DNA of 64,000 nucleotides, from assembly GCA_964552565.1 (NCBI GenBank), contig CAZKGL010000001.1:435061-499060 (forward strand), written 5' to 3'. The position numbers and the translations under genes were made by a program. Of this stretch, positions 38,961-47,290 are shown piece after piece (positions within the stretch are counted from its first letter, which is position 1; the number at the start of each line of letters is the position of its first letter). Under the pieces are notes generated by a model. The model saw only the letters and a program-made list of their open reading frames with translations. It did not search any database and had not been told where the DNA came from. The DNA comes from an uncultured Gammaproteobacteria bacterium (GTDB lineage: Bacteria; Patescibacteriota; Patescibacteriia; UBA9934).

Positions 38961-39827
38961 TTATGTCCCCCAAGAAGAACGAATGACGATGCCGGTCGGG
39001 AGTTCGAATGCTCGCGGCGTGGTTTCTTTCAAGGTCAACTCGACCGAGGACAACGACTGCGCACACGGCACCGTCGTACGCACGAGATTCTCGATGGCGA
39101 GCGCCGGGAATCCGAGCGAGTACGCGTTCACAAGGAGATGGCCGCGTTCCTTGTTCAGCAATTGCGCACACATGTCGAGCAGCTTCGGCAAGTGCTCTTC
39201 AAACTTCCACAGCTCCCCCTCCGGGCCGCGGCCGAACGCGGGCGGGTCCATGACGATCGCGTCGTACGTATTGCCGCGGCGGACCTCGCGCCCGACGAAC
39301 TTCATCACGTCGTCAGTGATGTACCGCACCGTGCGGTTGCCAAGGCCGGACAACTCGATGTTTTCCTTGACCCACGCGATCGCCGGCTTGCTCCCGTCGA
39401 CATGGACGACCTCGGCGCCCGCCGATGCGCACGCGAGCGTCACGCCGCCGGTGTAGCCAAACAGGTTCAACACCTTCATGCCCGGCTGCACGACGCCGCG
39501 AAGATACTTCCAGTTCGACGCCTGTTCCGGAAATAACCCCGTGTGTTTGAACGACGTCGTGCGGATGCGGAACCGCAGGTCCTCCCACTGCACGGTCCAC
39601 GACGACGGCAACGGACGGATGATATCCCAGTCCCCTTCACGACCGGTCCGCGTGTACGTCGCCCACGCCTTGTTCCAGGCATCGGCGCCAGACTTTCGCC
39701 ACAACGCCTGCGGCTCGGGACGTACCATGACGACGTCCCCATAGCGCTCGCATTTTTCAAAATCGCCCGAGTCGATGAGTTCGACGTCGGACCATGGTGC
39801 GGCCTCCCGTGTGAGCGGCGTCGCCAT
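38961..39827 (-). CDS. Class I SAM-dependent methyltransferase (RlmI/RlmK-like)
   Basis: TGLFPEQ, VLNLFGYTGG, VDGSK, DPPAFG. Confidence 0.9.
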   Translation of the reverse strand: MATPLTREAAPWSDVELIDSGDFEKCERYGDVVMVRPEPQALWRKSGADAWNKAWATYTRTGREGDWDIIRPLPSSWTVQWEDLRFRIRTTSFKHTGLFPEQASNWKYLRGVVQPGMKVLNLFGYTGGVTLACASAGAEVVHVDGSKPAIAWVKENIELSGLGNRTVRYITDDVMKFVGREVRRGNTYDAIVMDPPAFGRGPEGELWKFEEHLPKLLDMCAQLLNKERGHLLVNAYSLGFPALAIENLVRTTVPCAQSLSSVELTLKETTPRAFELPTGIVIRSSWGT

Positions 39828-39828
39828 A

Positions 39829-40638
39829 CTACGCGGTCAAGCGATCCGCAAACACGGTGAGGAGCAGCAGGCCGAACGCAATGCGATACAGCGCAAACAC
39901 ACCGAACCCCGTCTTGCGGATGATAAAAAACAACAAGCGGATGGCAATGACGCCAAAGATGAGCGCGGAGGCGAAACCGATACCGAGCATGCCCCATGCG
40001 AGGTCTGTCGCCCCGGCATCGACAACATCCCACGCCGTCTTAGCGCCTGCGCCAACGATGGCGGGTATTGCGAGGAGGAAGGAAAAGCGCGCCGCCTGCC
40101 CGCGGTCCATGCCGGAGAACAAGCCGATGGTCATGGTCGCGCCCGACCGCGAGGTGCCCGGGATGAGCGCGAAAGCTTGCGCGACGCCAACGGCAACCGC
40201 CTGGCCCCACGTGACATCGTGGACGCGACGCGCGTCGATGGTGCGCTTCTTTGGGACGTAGTCGGCAATGCCAAGCAGGATGCCCCACGCAATGAGCATT
40301 GCCGCGACGACCGGCAGCGTGCGCACTGCGTCCATCATGCTGCCGAGCGCGGCGCCGACGATGACCGCCGGGATGGTCGCCACGAGCAGCTTCACTGCCA
40401 ACGACCGGTCGGCCCGGACCCTTTCGCGGATGCCCTTCACGAGGGCGCCGATTTCGCGGCGCATGGCGATGACGATGGCGAGCAGCGTCGCAAGGTGGAC
40501 CGCCACATCGAACACCAACCCTTGCGCCTCCCAACCGAAGAGCGCCGGAATCGCAAGAAGGTGGCCGGAGCTCGAAATGGGGAGGAACTCGGTGAGGCCC
40601 TGGACCGCGCCAAGCACTGCCGCCTCAAGGAACGTCAT
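39829..40638 (-). CDS. uppP: Undecaprenyl-diphosphate phosphatase
   Basis: VQGLTEFLPISSSGHL, PGTSRSGAT, FSFLLAIP. Confidence 0.96.
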   Translation of the reverse strand: MTFLEAAVLGAVQGLTEFLPISSSGHLLAIPALFGWEAQGLVFDVAVHLATLLAIVIAMRREIGALVKGIRERVRADRSLAVKLLVATIPAVIVGAALGSMMDAVRTLPVVAAMLIAWGILLGIADYVPKKRTIDARRVHDVTWGQAVAVGVAQAFALIPGTSRSGATMTIGLFSGMDRGQAARFSFLLAIPAIVGAGAKTAWDVVDAGATDLAWGMLGIGFASALIFGVIAIRLLFFIIRKTGFGVFALYRIAFGLLLLTVFADRLTA

Positions 40639-42530
40639 AGCTCTTCGTCAAACGTTATGCGCTCGCCGGGCATGACCTGCTGCGGCGCGGCGGCTGGCGC
40701 GTCCCCGCCGTTCCCGCGGTTGCGGCGTCGGCGTCGGCGTTTGCGGCCAACCACCCCCGAGCCCCCTCCATCAATGGAGGGGGACCCGGTTCCCTCTTGG
40801 CTACCCCCATTCATGGGGGCGAGGGGGTTGAGCATGTCGCCTGCACGTGGTGCGGCGTCGTCGTGCGCCGGGACGGGTTTCGGCGGTGACGCCTCGGGTT
40901 TCTTTACGGGGGAAAGTGCGGACAACGACATGCTTTCGCCCGCCTCCCGCGCAACAGGCTCACCGTCATGCACCTTCGGCGCCGGCCCGGACTCCTTGCC
41001 CTTCTGGCGTACCTCCTTCTTTTCCTTCCCCTTCTTCCGCTCCTCCATCACGATGGGGTGGCACTCTTCACAGTAAATCGGGCGCGACCGGTCAAGCTCC
41101 ACCGGCAACAAAAACTTCTTCCCGCAGCGGGTGCAGTCATACTCGTGGCTGTACCGCTTCTTTTTGTCCTCCTTCTTTTGCGCCGCGACCGCGGCGAGCG
41201 CTCCGGCCACGTCGACGTTCGGGTCAAACCCCGCCCACGTCGCGACGTGCTCTTCAATCTGCGCCTTGTTGCCGGCGTACCGTTCGCGCGACTGCGCGAT
41301 GACCCGCTCCGCGCTGCCCGTGCGCTGGGCGATGGGCGGCAGCGTCTGCGCCGAAAACGGATGGCTCGTCACGCCGTCAATCATGAGTTTGACGTAGATG
41401 GCGTGCTTCGGGAGGTTGATGATGTCTTCCGGCGTGAACCGCGGCATGAGCTCGTTCTCGAGGAAGACGGCGTCCGGCGAGCCGACGCGGAAGAACACCA
41501 TGCTGCCGACGTTGCCGAACACTGCGTCCCGCACCGCAGTCGACGTCCCCTGCTCGAGCTGGGCGATGTACTGGTGCGCCATGATGAGGTTGAGCCGGTA
41601 CTTGCGCGCTTCAGAGAGCACGCTTGCGAACGATTCGACGGCAAAGTTCTGGAATTCGTCGACGTACAGGTAGAAATCGTTCCGCTCGGACTCCGGGACA
41701 TTCACGCGCTCCATGGCCGACATCTGGATCTTCGTGATGAGCATGCCGCCGAGGAGGCGCATCGCATCTTCACCGACGCGCCCCTTGGAGAGGTTGATGA
41801 TGAAAATCTTCTGGCTGTCCATGATGTCGCGGATGTTGATGGACGACTTCGCCTGCGCGACGATGTTGCGAATGACCGACGACGACAAGAATTGGCCGAT
41901 CTTGTTTTGGATCGGCGCAACCGCCTCGGTCGCGAATTTCGCATCATATTGGGCGAACTCCTGCAGCCAGAACTGTTTGACGATCGGGTCGGTGACGTTC
42001 GTGATGATCTGCGCGCGGTAGTCCTTATCCGACAGCATGCGATTGATGCCGAGCAGCGTGGATCCCGACGTGTCGAGGAGCGCAAGGATGGTGTTATTCA
42101 AAATGTACTCCATGCGCGCCGACCACACGTTCTCCCAGATCTTTTTGAACACCGACATGAGGCTCGACGCGACGAGGTGCTTCATGGTCGGATCCACCGA
42201 CTCGAGGATGTTGAAGCCGATCGGGTAGTCGAGGTCCGACGGATTGAAATACACGACGTCGTTGATGCGCCAGGACGGGATGTAATCGATCAGCTTTTCC
42301 GCGGTGTCGCCGTGCGGATCGACATAACAACACCCGTGGCCGGCGTAGATGTCGGCCAGGATCATGTTCTCGAGCAGCGTCGTCTTGCCCATGCCGGTCT
42401 TTCCGATGACGTACATGTGCCGGCGGCGGTCGTCGGTCTTGACGCCGAACTTGCGCATCGCATTCCGGAAGTTGGTCTTGCCGAAATAGATGACGTCGCT
42501 CTCGTGGTCATGTTCGTAACGCATTGGCAT
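40635..42530 (-). CDS. TraD/VirD4/HerA-like P-loop ATPase with C-terminal CxxC-x17-CxxC zinc domain
   Basis: GKTGMGKT, VDPHGD, LYVDEFQNF, EARKY, CTRC...CEEC. Confidence 0.88.
   Translation of the reverse strand: MPMRYEHDHESDVIYFGKTNFRNAMRKFGVKTDDRRRHMYVIGKTGMGKTTLLENMILADIYAGHGCCYVDPHGDTAEKLIDYIPSWRINDVVYFNPSDLDYPIGFNILESVDPTMKHLVASSLMSVFKKIWENVWSARMEYILNNTILALLDTSGSTLLGINRMLSDKDYRAQIITNVTDPIVKQFWLQEFAQYDAKFATEAVAPIQNKIGQFLSSSVIRNIVAQAKSSINIRDIMDSQKIFIINLSKGRVGEDAMRLLGGMLITKIQMSAMERVNVPESERNDFYLYVDEFQNFAVESFASVLSEARKYRLNLIMAHQYIAQLEQGTSTAVRDAVFGNVGSMVFFRVGSPDAVFLENELMPRFTPEDIINLPKHAIYVKLMIDGVTSHPFSAQTLPPIAQRTGSAERVIAQSRERYAGNKAQIEEHVATWAGFDPNVDVAGALAAVAAQKKEDKKKRYSHEYDCTRCGKKFLLPVELDRSRPIYCEECHPIVMEERKKGKEKKEVRQKGKESGPAPKVHDGEPVAREAGESMSLSALSPVKKPEASPPKPVPAHDDAAPRAGDMLNPLAPMNGGSQEGTGSPSIDGGGSGVVGRKRRRRRRNRGNGGDAPAAAPQQVMPGERITFDEEL
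40750..40828. repeat. 79-bp double-hairpin REP-like element inside the ATPase gene
   Basis: Near-identical to 36549-36627; encodes PLAPMNGGSQEG..SPSI.GGGSGVV in both genes. Confidence 0.9.
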
Positions 42531-42538
42531 AGCGCAAA

Positions 42539-44155
42539 CTACAGCACGGGCAAATTCCCCGGCGCGTCGTCGTCATCACTGATCGGTTCTGCGGCAAGGT
42601 TCAGGCCCGGCGGAAGCGGCGCAGGTTTGCCTGGTTGCGGGACGAACTCGGCGTGCGCAGGGGCGGCATGCGCCGGCGCAGCGGCGTGGGCCGGAGCACG
42701 GGCCGGGGCACCGCCGGTCGGCGCATGCGGCGTCGGGACGGATAACACCCCCGCCTCTTCTTCGCCGACCCCGTACTCCCCGCCCTTCTCCTTCATGAGT
42801 TCCTTCCAGTCCGGGAGATCCGGCGCATCGTCGTCCGCGAACGGCAATGCGAGCGGCGCTTCTGCGCGGCGGGCGCCCGACGTGGCGAGAATCGGGGTCC
42901 GGGCGTCGGCCGGCGGGAAGTGGAACAGCGACGCAAGTTCCTCCGAGTTCAGAATGTACGGCGGCGCGCCGGCACCAAGCTGGCGGCCCTTGTAGCGCTT
43001 CACCAGCCGCGTCATGCGCGCAAAAATCTGCCACTCCAACCAGAAGTAGTCGTCCTTCGGCGTGGCCGGGTCGTGCATGCCGAACTTGTTCATGTTCAGG
43101 TGCGCGAACGGATGGAACATGCCCTTGATGACCGACGCAATGAGCGGCTTGCGGTACGTCTCGTGCACCGCGCAGTACACCACGCGGATCTTTGTATACC
43201 ACCCGAGCTTGCTGATCTTCTCCGCAATGGCGTCCGAAACACTGCGCTCGGTCGGCGTCATCTTGAACATGCGGAAATCGTCCGCCTTCTTCTCTTCGTG
43301 GCCGCCCTCGCCCATAAGGTCCAGCCCGGCGGTCTGCTTCAGCACCTCGTTCGGCAACCAAGCAACGCCGCCCATGATCTGCGACGTCATGCTCGGCGCG
43401 TGCTTCTCCTCCTTGCCCATGAGCTTGTTGAGGTACTTCTCGCCCTCCTTCGCCCAGTCCTGTTCGTCCGGCTGTTGGATGATGATCTGCACCCACAAGT
43501 GCTCGCCCTTCTGCATCTTGCCCATGATCTCGATGACGTTGAGGAGCGGATCCTTAAACCGCATGTCCTTTTCGCCAAGATGCTCAAAATCCGCGTACGT
43601 ACGGATCGGGTAGAACATCGGCTTGCTGAGCTTCATTTCGCTGCCGAAGACGAGGTGCGTGTCGTTCGGATACTTGTCCGGGATGCGGTCGACGTAGTCC
43701 TCGACCTCCATGATCTGCGCCTCGGGGTACTGTGCGTAGAGCGCGGCCTCGACAAGATCGCGGTATTTCTCCGGCGTACGGATGTAGAACTTCACGTCGC
43801 CTTCGCTGCCCACGATCTCGAAGCTGAAAAATGCCTGGAACTTGCCGAGAAGATGCGCCTCCTTCCACGTAATCGCCGACTTTGAGCCCGCGATGTTGTT
43901 GAAGAAGTTCTCCATGCCCTTCGGCGTGTTGATGGCGCCTTGGGGGATGCTGATGTTGAGGAGCACCCAGTCGATATGCGCAAGGTACTGCCCTTGCTTG
44001 TAGTCGACCCATACTTCCGTGAAGCCCCAGATGAGGACGCCGAAAATAGGGATCCACCCGAACACGAGCAGTGCGTGCGACGCCATCTCGAAGACCGGCG
44101 TGGTCGCGATGTAGTGATCGACGGCCGGTGGCAGGTTGAATGCGATGCCGAGCAT
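42539..44155 (-). CDS. Membrane-anchored hypothetical protein, probable partner of the downstream ATPase
   Basis: N-terminal TM; FSFEIV...AQYPEA...YPIRTY...ILNSEELASLFHFP; 9 nt from the ATPase gene. Confidence 0.8.
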   Translation of the reverse strand: MLGIAFNLPPAVDHYIATTPVFEMASHALLVFGWIPIFGVLIWGFTEVWVDYKQGQYLAHIDWVLLNISIPQGAINTPKGMENFFNNIAGSKSAITWKEAHLLGKFQAFFSFEIVGSEGDVKFYIRTPEKYRDLVEAALYAQYPEAQIMEVEDYVDRIPDKYPNDTHLVFGSEMKLSKPMFYPIRTYADFEHLGEKDMRFKDPLLNVIEIMGKMQKGEHLWVQIIIQQPDEQDWAKEGEKYLNKLMGKEEKHAPSMTSQIMGGVAWLPNEVLKQTAGLDLMGEGGHEEKKADDFRMFKMTPTERSVSDAIAEKISKLGWYTKIRVVYCAVHETYRKPLIASVIKGMFHPFAHLNMNKFGMHDPATPKDDYFWLEWQIFARMTRLVKRYKGRQLGAGAPPYILNSEELASLFHFPPADARTPILATSGARRAEAPLALPFADDDAPDLPDWKELMKEKGGEYGVGEEEAGVLSVPTPHAPTGGAPARAPAHAAAPAHAAPAHAEFVPQPGKPAPLPPGLNLAAEPISDDDDAPGNLPVL

Positions 44156-44246
44156 AATTGCTCGCATCATAACACAAACACACCTTGCTGTGGAAACACA
44201 CAAAAAACCATCCCGCGCACTGCCGCGCAGGACGGTTTCTTGTTCG

Positions 44247-45149
44247 TTACTTCTTTCCCTTCCCCCAGTGCTCGCTCATGACGAGGAGCGGGCTGGCGAG
44301 GAAGATGGACGAGTACGCACCGGCGGCGATACCGGCAAGGAGCGTCATGGCGAACGGTCGCGTCGACTCGCCGCCGAACACGACGATCGCGAGGACCGGC
44401 AGGAGCGTCGACAGCGTGGTGTTAATGGAGCGCGCGAGCGTTTCGTTGATGCTCTGGTTCACCGTTTCGCCGAAACTCGCGTGCCTGTGGCGGTTGCGGT
44501 ACAGGTTTTCGCGGGTGCGGTCGAACACCACGATGGTGTCGTTAATCGAGTAACCGAGGATGGTGAGGAGCGCGGCGACGAACGCGGTGTCGGCCTGGAA
44601 TCCGTAGATTTTGCCAAGGACCGCGAAGATGCCGAGCGGGATGATGACATCGTGGAACGCGCTGATGACCGTAATGACGCCGTACTTCCAGGACTCGACC
44701 GGCTGCGAGACGCGACGGAAGGCCCACGCGATATAGACCGCGATAAGGAGCAGGACGAGGATCATCGCGAACGTCGCCTTTTCCTTGAGCTCCTCACCCA
44801 CGACCGGGCCGACGGAATCGAAACGCTGTTCCTCGAGCTCGCCGAAACGCGTGCGGAGCGCGGCGAGGACCGCCTGGTGTTCTTCCTCGGTGACCGGACG
44901 GACACGGATCAGCGTGGAGCCGTCGTCGGCCTGCTGGATGACCGGTTCGTAACCGAGTTCGGCGACCGCCGCACGGACGTCTTCCTGCACCGGAACGGAA
45001 GTGAATTTCACCGACATGAGCGAGCCGCCGGTGAAGTCGATACCCGGGTTCACGCCGAAGCCGATGATTGCCGCGAGCGCAAGGACGACGATCGTCCCGG
45101 ACATCGCGAGCCAGACCTTGGAATGTGTGACGATGGAGAGGTTGGCCAT
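44247..45149 (-). CDS. secF: Protein translocase subunit SecF
   Basis: GIDFTGG, VGPVVG, HD, GYSINDTIVVFDR.RE, RSINT. Confidence 0.96.
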   Translation of the reverse strand: MANLSIVTHSKVWLAMSGTIVVLALAAIIGFGVNPGIDFTGGSLMSVKFTSVPVQEDVRAAVAELGYEPVIQQADDGSTLIRVRPVTEEEHQAVLAALRTRFGELEEQRFDSVGPVVGEELKEKATFAMILVLLLIAVYIAWAFRRVSQPVESWKYGVITVISAFHDVIIPLGIFAVLGKIYGFQADTAFVAALLTILGYSINDTIVVFDRTRENLYRNRHRHASFGETVNQSINETLARSINTTLSTLLPVLAIVVFGGESTRPFAMTLLAGIAAGAYSSIFLASPLLVMSEHWGKGKK

Positions 45150-45153
45150 ACGG

Positions 45154-47157
45154 TTATTTGATGCCCAGGAAGAACAGCCGCTTGCGCAACGCCTGCGACC
45201 GGCTCACCGCGATGAGCAGCGAGCGCACGAGGACCAGCGCGCAGAAGAGCGAGACGAAGATACCGATCATGAGCGTCAGCGCGAATCCCTTGATGAAGCT
45301 CGTGCCCATCGTGAAGAGGATGAACGTCGCGATGAGCGTCGTCGTGTTGCCGTCGCGGATCGACGGCGTCGCGCGCAGGACCGCCTCCTCAACCGCGGTC
45401 GGCAGGTCGCGCCCGCTCCAGAGCTCTTCCTTCAAGCGCTCGAAGATCAGCACGTTTGCGTCCACCGCGATGCCGACCGAGAGCACGAAGCCCGCGATGC
45501 CCGACAACGTCACCGTGACGCCGAACACCTTGTACAGCGCGAGGTTGATGGCGCTGTAGACGAGGAGCGCGATGACGGCAAGGAAGCCCGGAAGGCGGTA
45601 GTACAGAATGAGGAATGCCGTAATGAGGGCGAACGCGATGAGGCCTGCCGTGATGCTCGCCTCAAGCGACGCCTGGCCGAGCGTCGGGCCGATCGTCTGC
45701 TGCGTGATGACCGAGATCGGCACCGGGAGCGCGCCGGCGTTCAGGCGCTGCGCAGTCTCCTTCGCCTCGACGACCGTGAACTGGCCGGTGATCTGCGCTT
45801 CGCCGCCGTAGATCGCCTGTTGCACGACCGGCGTCGTGACCGGCTCCCCGTCGAGGAAGATGCCGATGACCTGGCCGATGTTCGCTTCGGTGAGGTCCGC
45901 AAACAACTCCGCGCCCTCGCTGTTGAACGAGAGGAGGATGTACGGGGCGCCGGTGTTCGGGTCGAACGCGACCGAGGCGCTCTTCACATGCTTGCCCGAA
46001 AGCGCGGTGTTCTCCCACGGGTCGGCGTCGATGATGTCGGAGAGCGTCGTCCACGGCATCTCGACGTGCGCGAGTTCGTACGTCTTCACGGATTCGGAGC
46101 GCTCGCGGTAGATGAGGTGGTAGCCGAACTCCGTTTCGACCACGTCGGAGACCGTGCCGTCCTCCATGGCGAAGAGGGTGTCCTCAAACGACTGCACCAT
46201 CATTCCTTTGGTGACGGTGCCGAGGTCGCCTCCGGTGGAATTCGCGCCCGGCTCGTCCGAATTTGCCTTGGCGAGGTCGGTGAAGTTTTCCGTCGTCGCT
46301 TCCGTCTTGAGGCCGTCGATGAGGGCGCGCGCCTCTTCCTTGGAGCGCGTCTCGCCGCAGCGGGTCGCGCCGGCGTAACAAATGAGGATATGCGACGCAT
46401 CGACTTCCTCTTCGGCGCCCGTCCCCATGAAGTCGACGATGTGCATGCTCGACGCGCTCTCGTACAGGCCGTCAACGACGCCGGTGCGGCGGCCGAGGTC
46501 CTTCACGAGGTCCCCAAACACCTCGTCGTCCTCGCGGACCATGCCAAGGTAGCCGCCGGTGTCCTTGGTCGCGGTATCGATGGAAAATTCCGTCGCGAGG
46601 GCGGCGAAGTCCTCGCCGTCGAGCGCGCGGTCGAGCACCGCAAGCGCGGCGTCGCGCTCCGACTCCTGCGCAGCGTCAATCTGCGCCTGCTGCTCGGGCG
46701 TTGCCTCGGTCGGAACGTCCGCGGTTGGGGTTTTGAACTCCAGAACCGGCGTCTCGCCGATGATGCGCGTCGCTTCGGTCGCGTCCTGGATGCCCGGGAG
46801 CTCGATGATGACGCGGTAGTGCCCGTCGGCGATCGTCGTTTCCACGCGCGATTCGCTGACGCCGAGCGCGTTGGCGCGGCGTTCGATGACGTCGCGGACG
46901 CCTTCGAGCGCATCGGCGCGGTCGGCCTCCGGGATGGCGGACATGTCCGCCTCGTAGACGAGGTGCACGCCGCCGGAGAGGTCGAGGCCGAGGGTGAAGT
47001 CGGTGTCCGGGAACGTCGGCAGCGCAAACCCGATCTTCTCGCGGATCGCGGCCATGGCGTTATTCCACGGCGTCGGGAAGGCGGTGAAGCCGGCAAAGAA
47101 CAAGATTGCAAGTACCAGAGCCACGCGCAGCACACTCTGACGAGTGGAGCGCGCCAT
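45154..47157 (-). CDS. secD: Protein translocase subunit SecD with two inserted parvulin (PpiC) domains
   Basis: LGLDLSGG, GALP, IGPTLG, AVDANVLIFER; ASHIL...F.DLA...SD....GGDLG...ETEFGYHLI insert. Confidence 0.94.
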   Translation of the reverse strand: MARSTRQSVLRVALVLAILFFAGFTAFPTPWNNAMAAIREKIGFALPTFPDTDFTLGLDLSGGVHLVYEADMSAIPEADRADALEGVRDVIERRANALGVSESRVETTIADGHYRVIIELPGIQDATEATRIIGETPVLEFKTPTADVPTEATPEQQAQIDAAQESERDAALAVLDRALDGEDFAALATEFSIDTATKDTGGYLGMVREDDEVFGDLVKDLGRRTGVVDGLYESASSMHIVDFMGTGAEEEVDASHILICYAGATRCGETRSKEEARALIDGLKTEATTENFTDLAKANSDEPGANSTGGDLGTVTKGMMVQSFEDTLFAMEDGTVSDVVETEFGYHLIYRERSESVKTYELAHVEMPWTTLSDIIDADPWENTALSGKHVKSASVAFDPNTGAPYILLSFNSEGAELFADLTEANIGQVIGIFLDGEPVTTPVVQQAIYGGEAQITGQFTVVEAKETAQRLNAGALPVPISVITQQTIGPTLGQASLEASITAGLIAFALITAFLILYYRLPGFLAVIALLVYSAINLALYKVFGVTVTLSGIAGFVLSVGIAVDANVLIFERLKEELWSGRDLPTAVEEAVLRATPSIRDGNTTTLIATFILFTMGTSFIKGFALTLMIGIFVSLFCALVLVRSLLIAVSRSQALRKRLFFLGIK

Positions 47158-47290
47158 AATCGGTCGCAAAGGCATAGTGGCCGCATTCTAAGCCAAATGG
47201 CATGTCTCTACAAGCCGCGTCGGCGCGAAGCTATACACAGCCGAAAAAGACGGAACGATGCTATACTTGGTGCAACGTTTTTACATCCTT

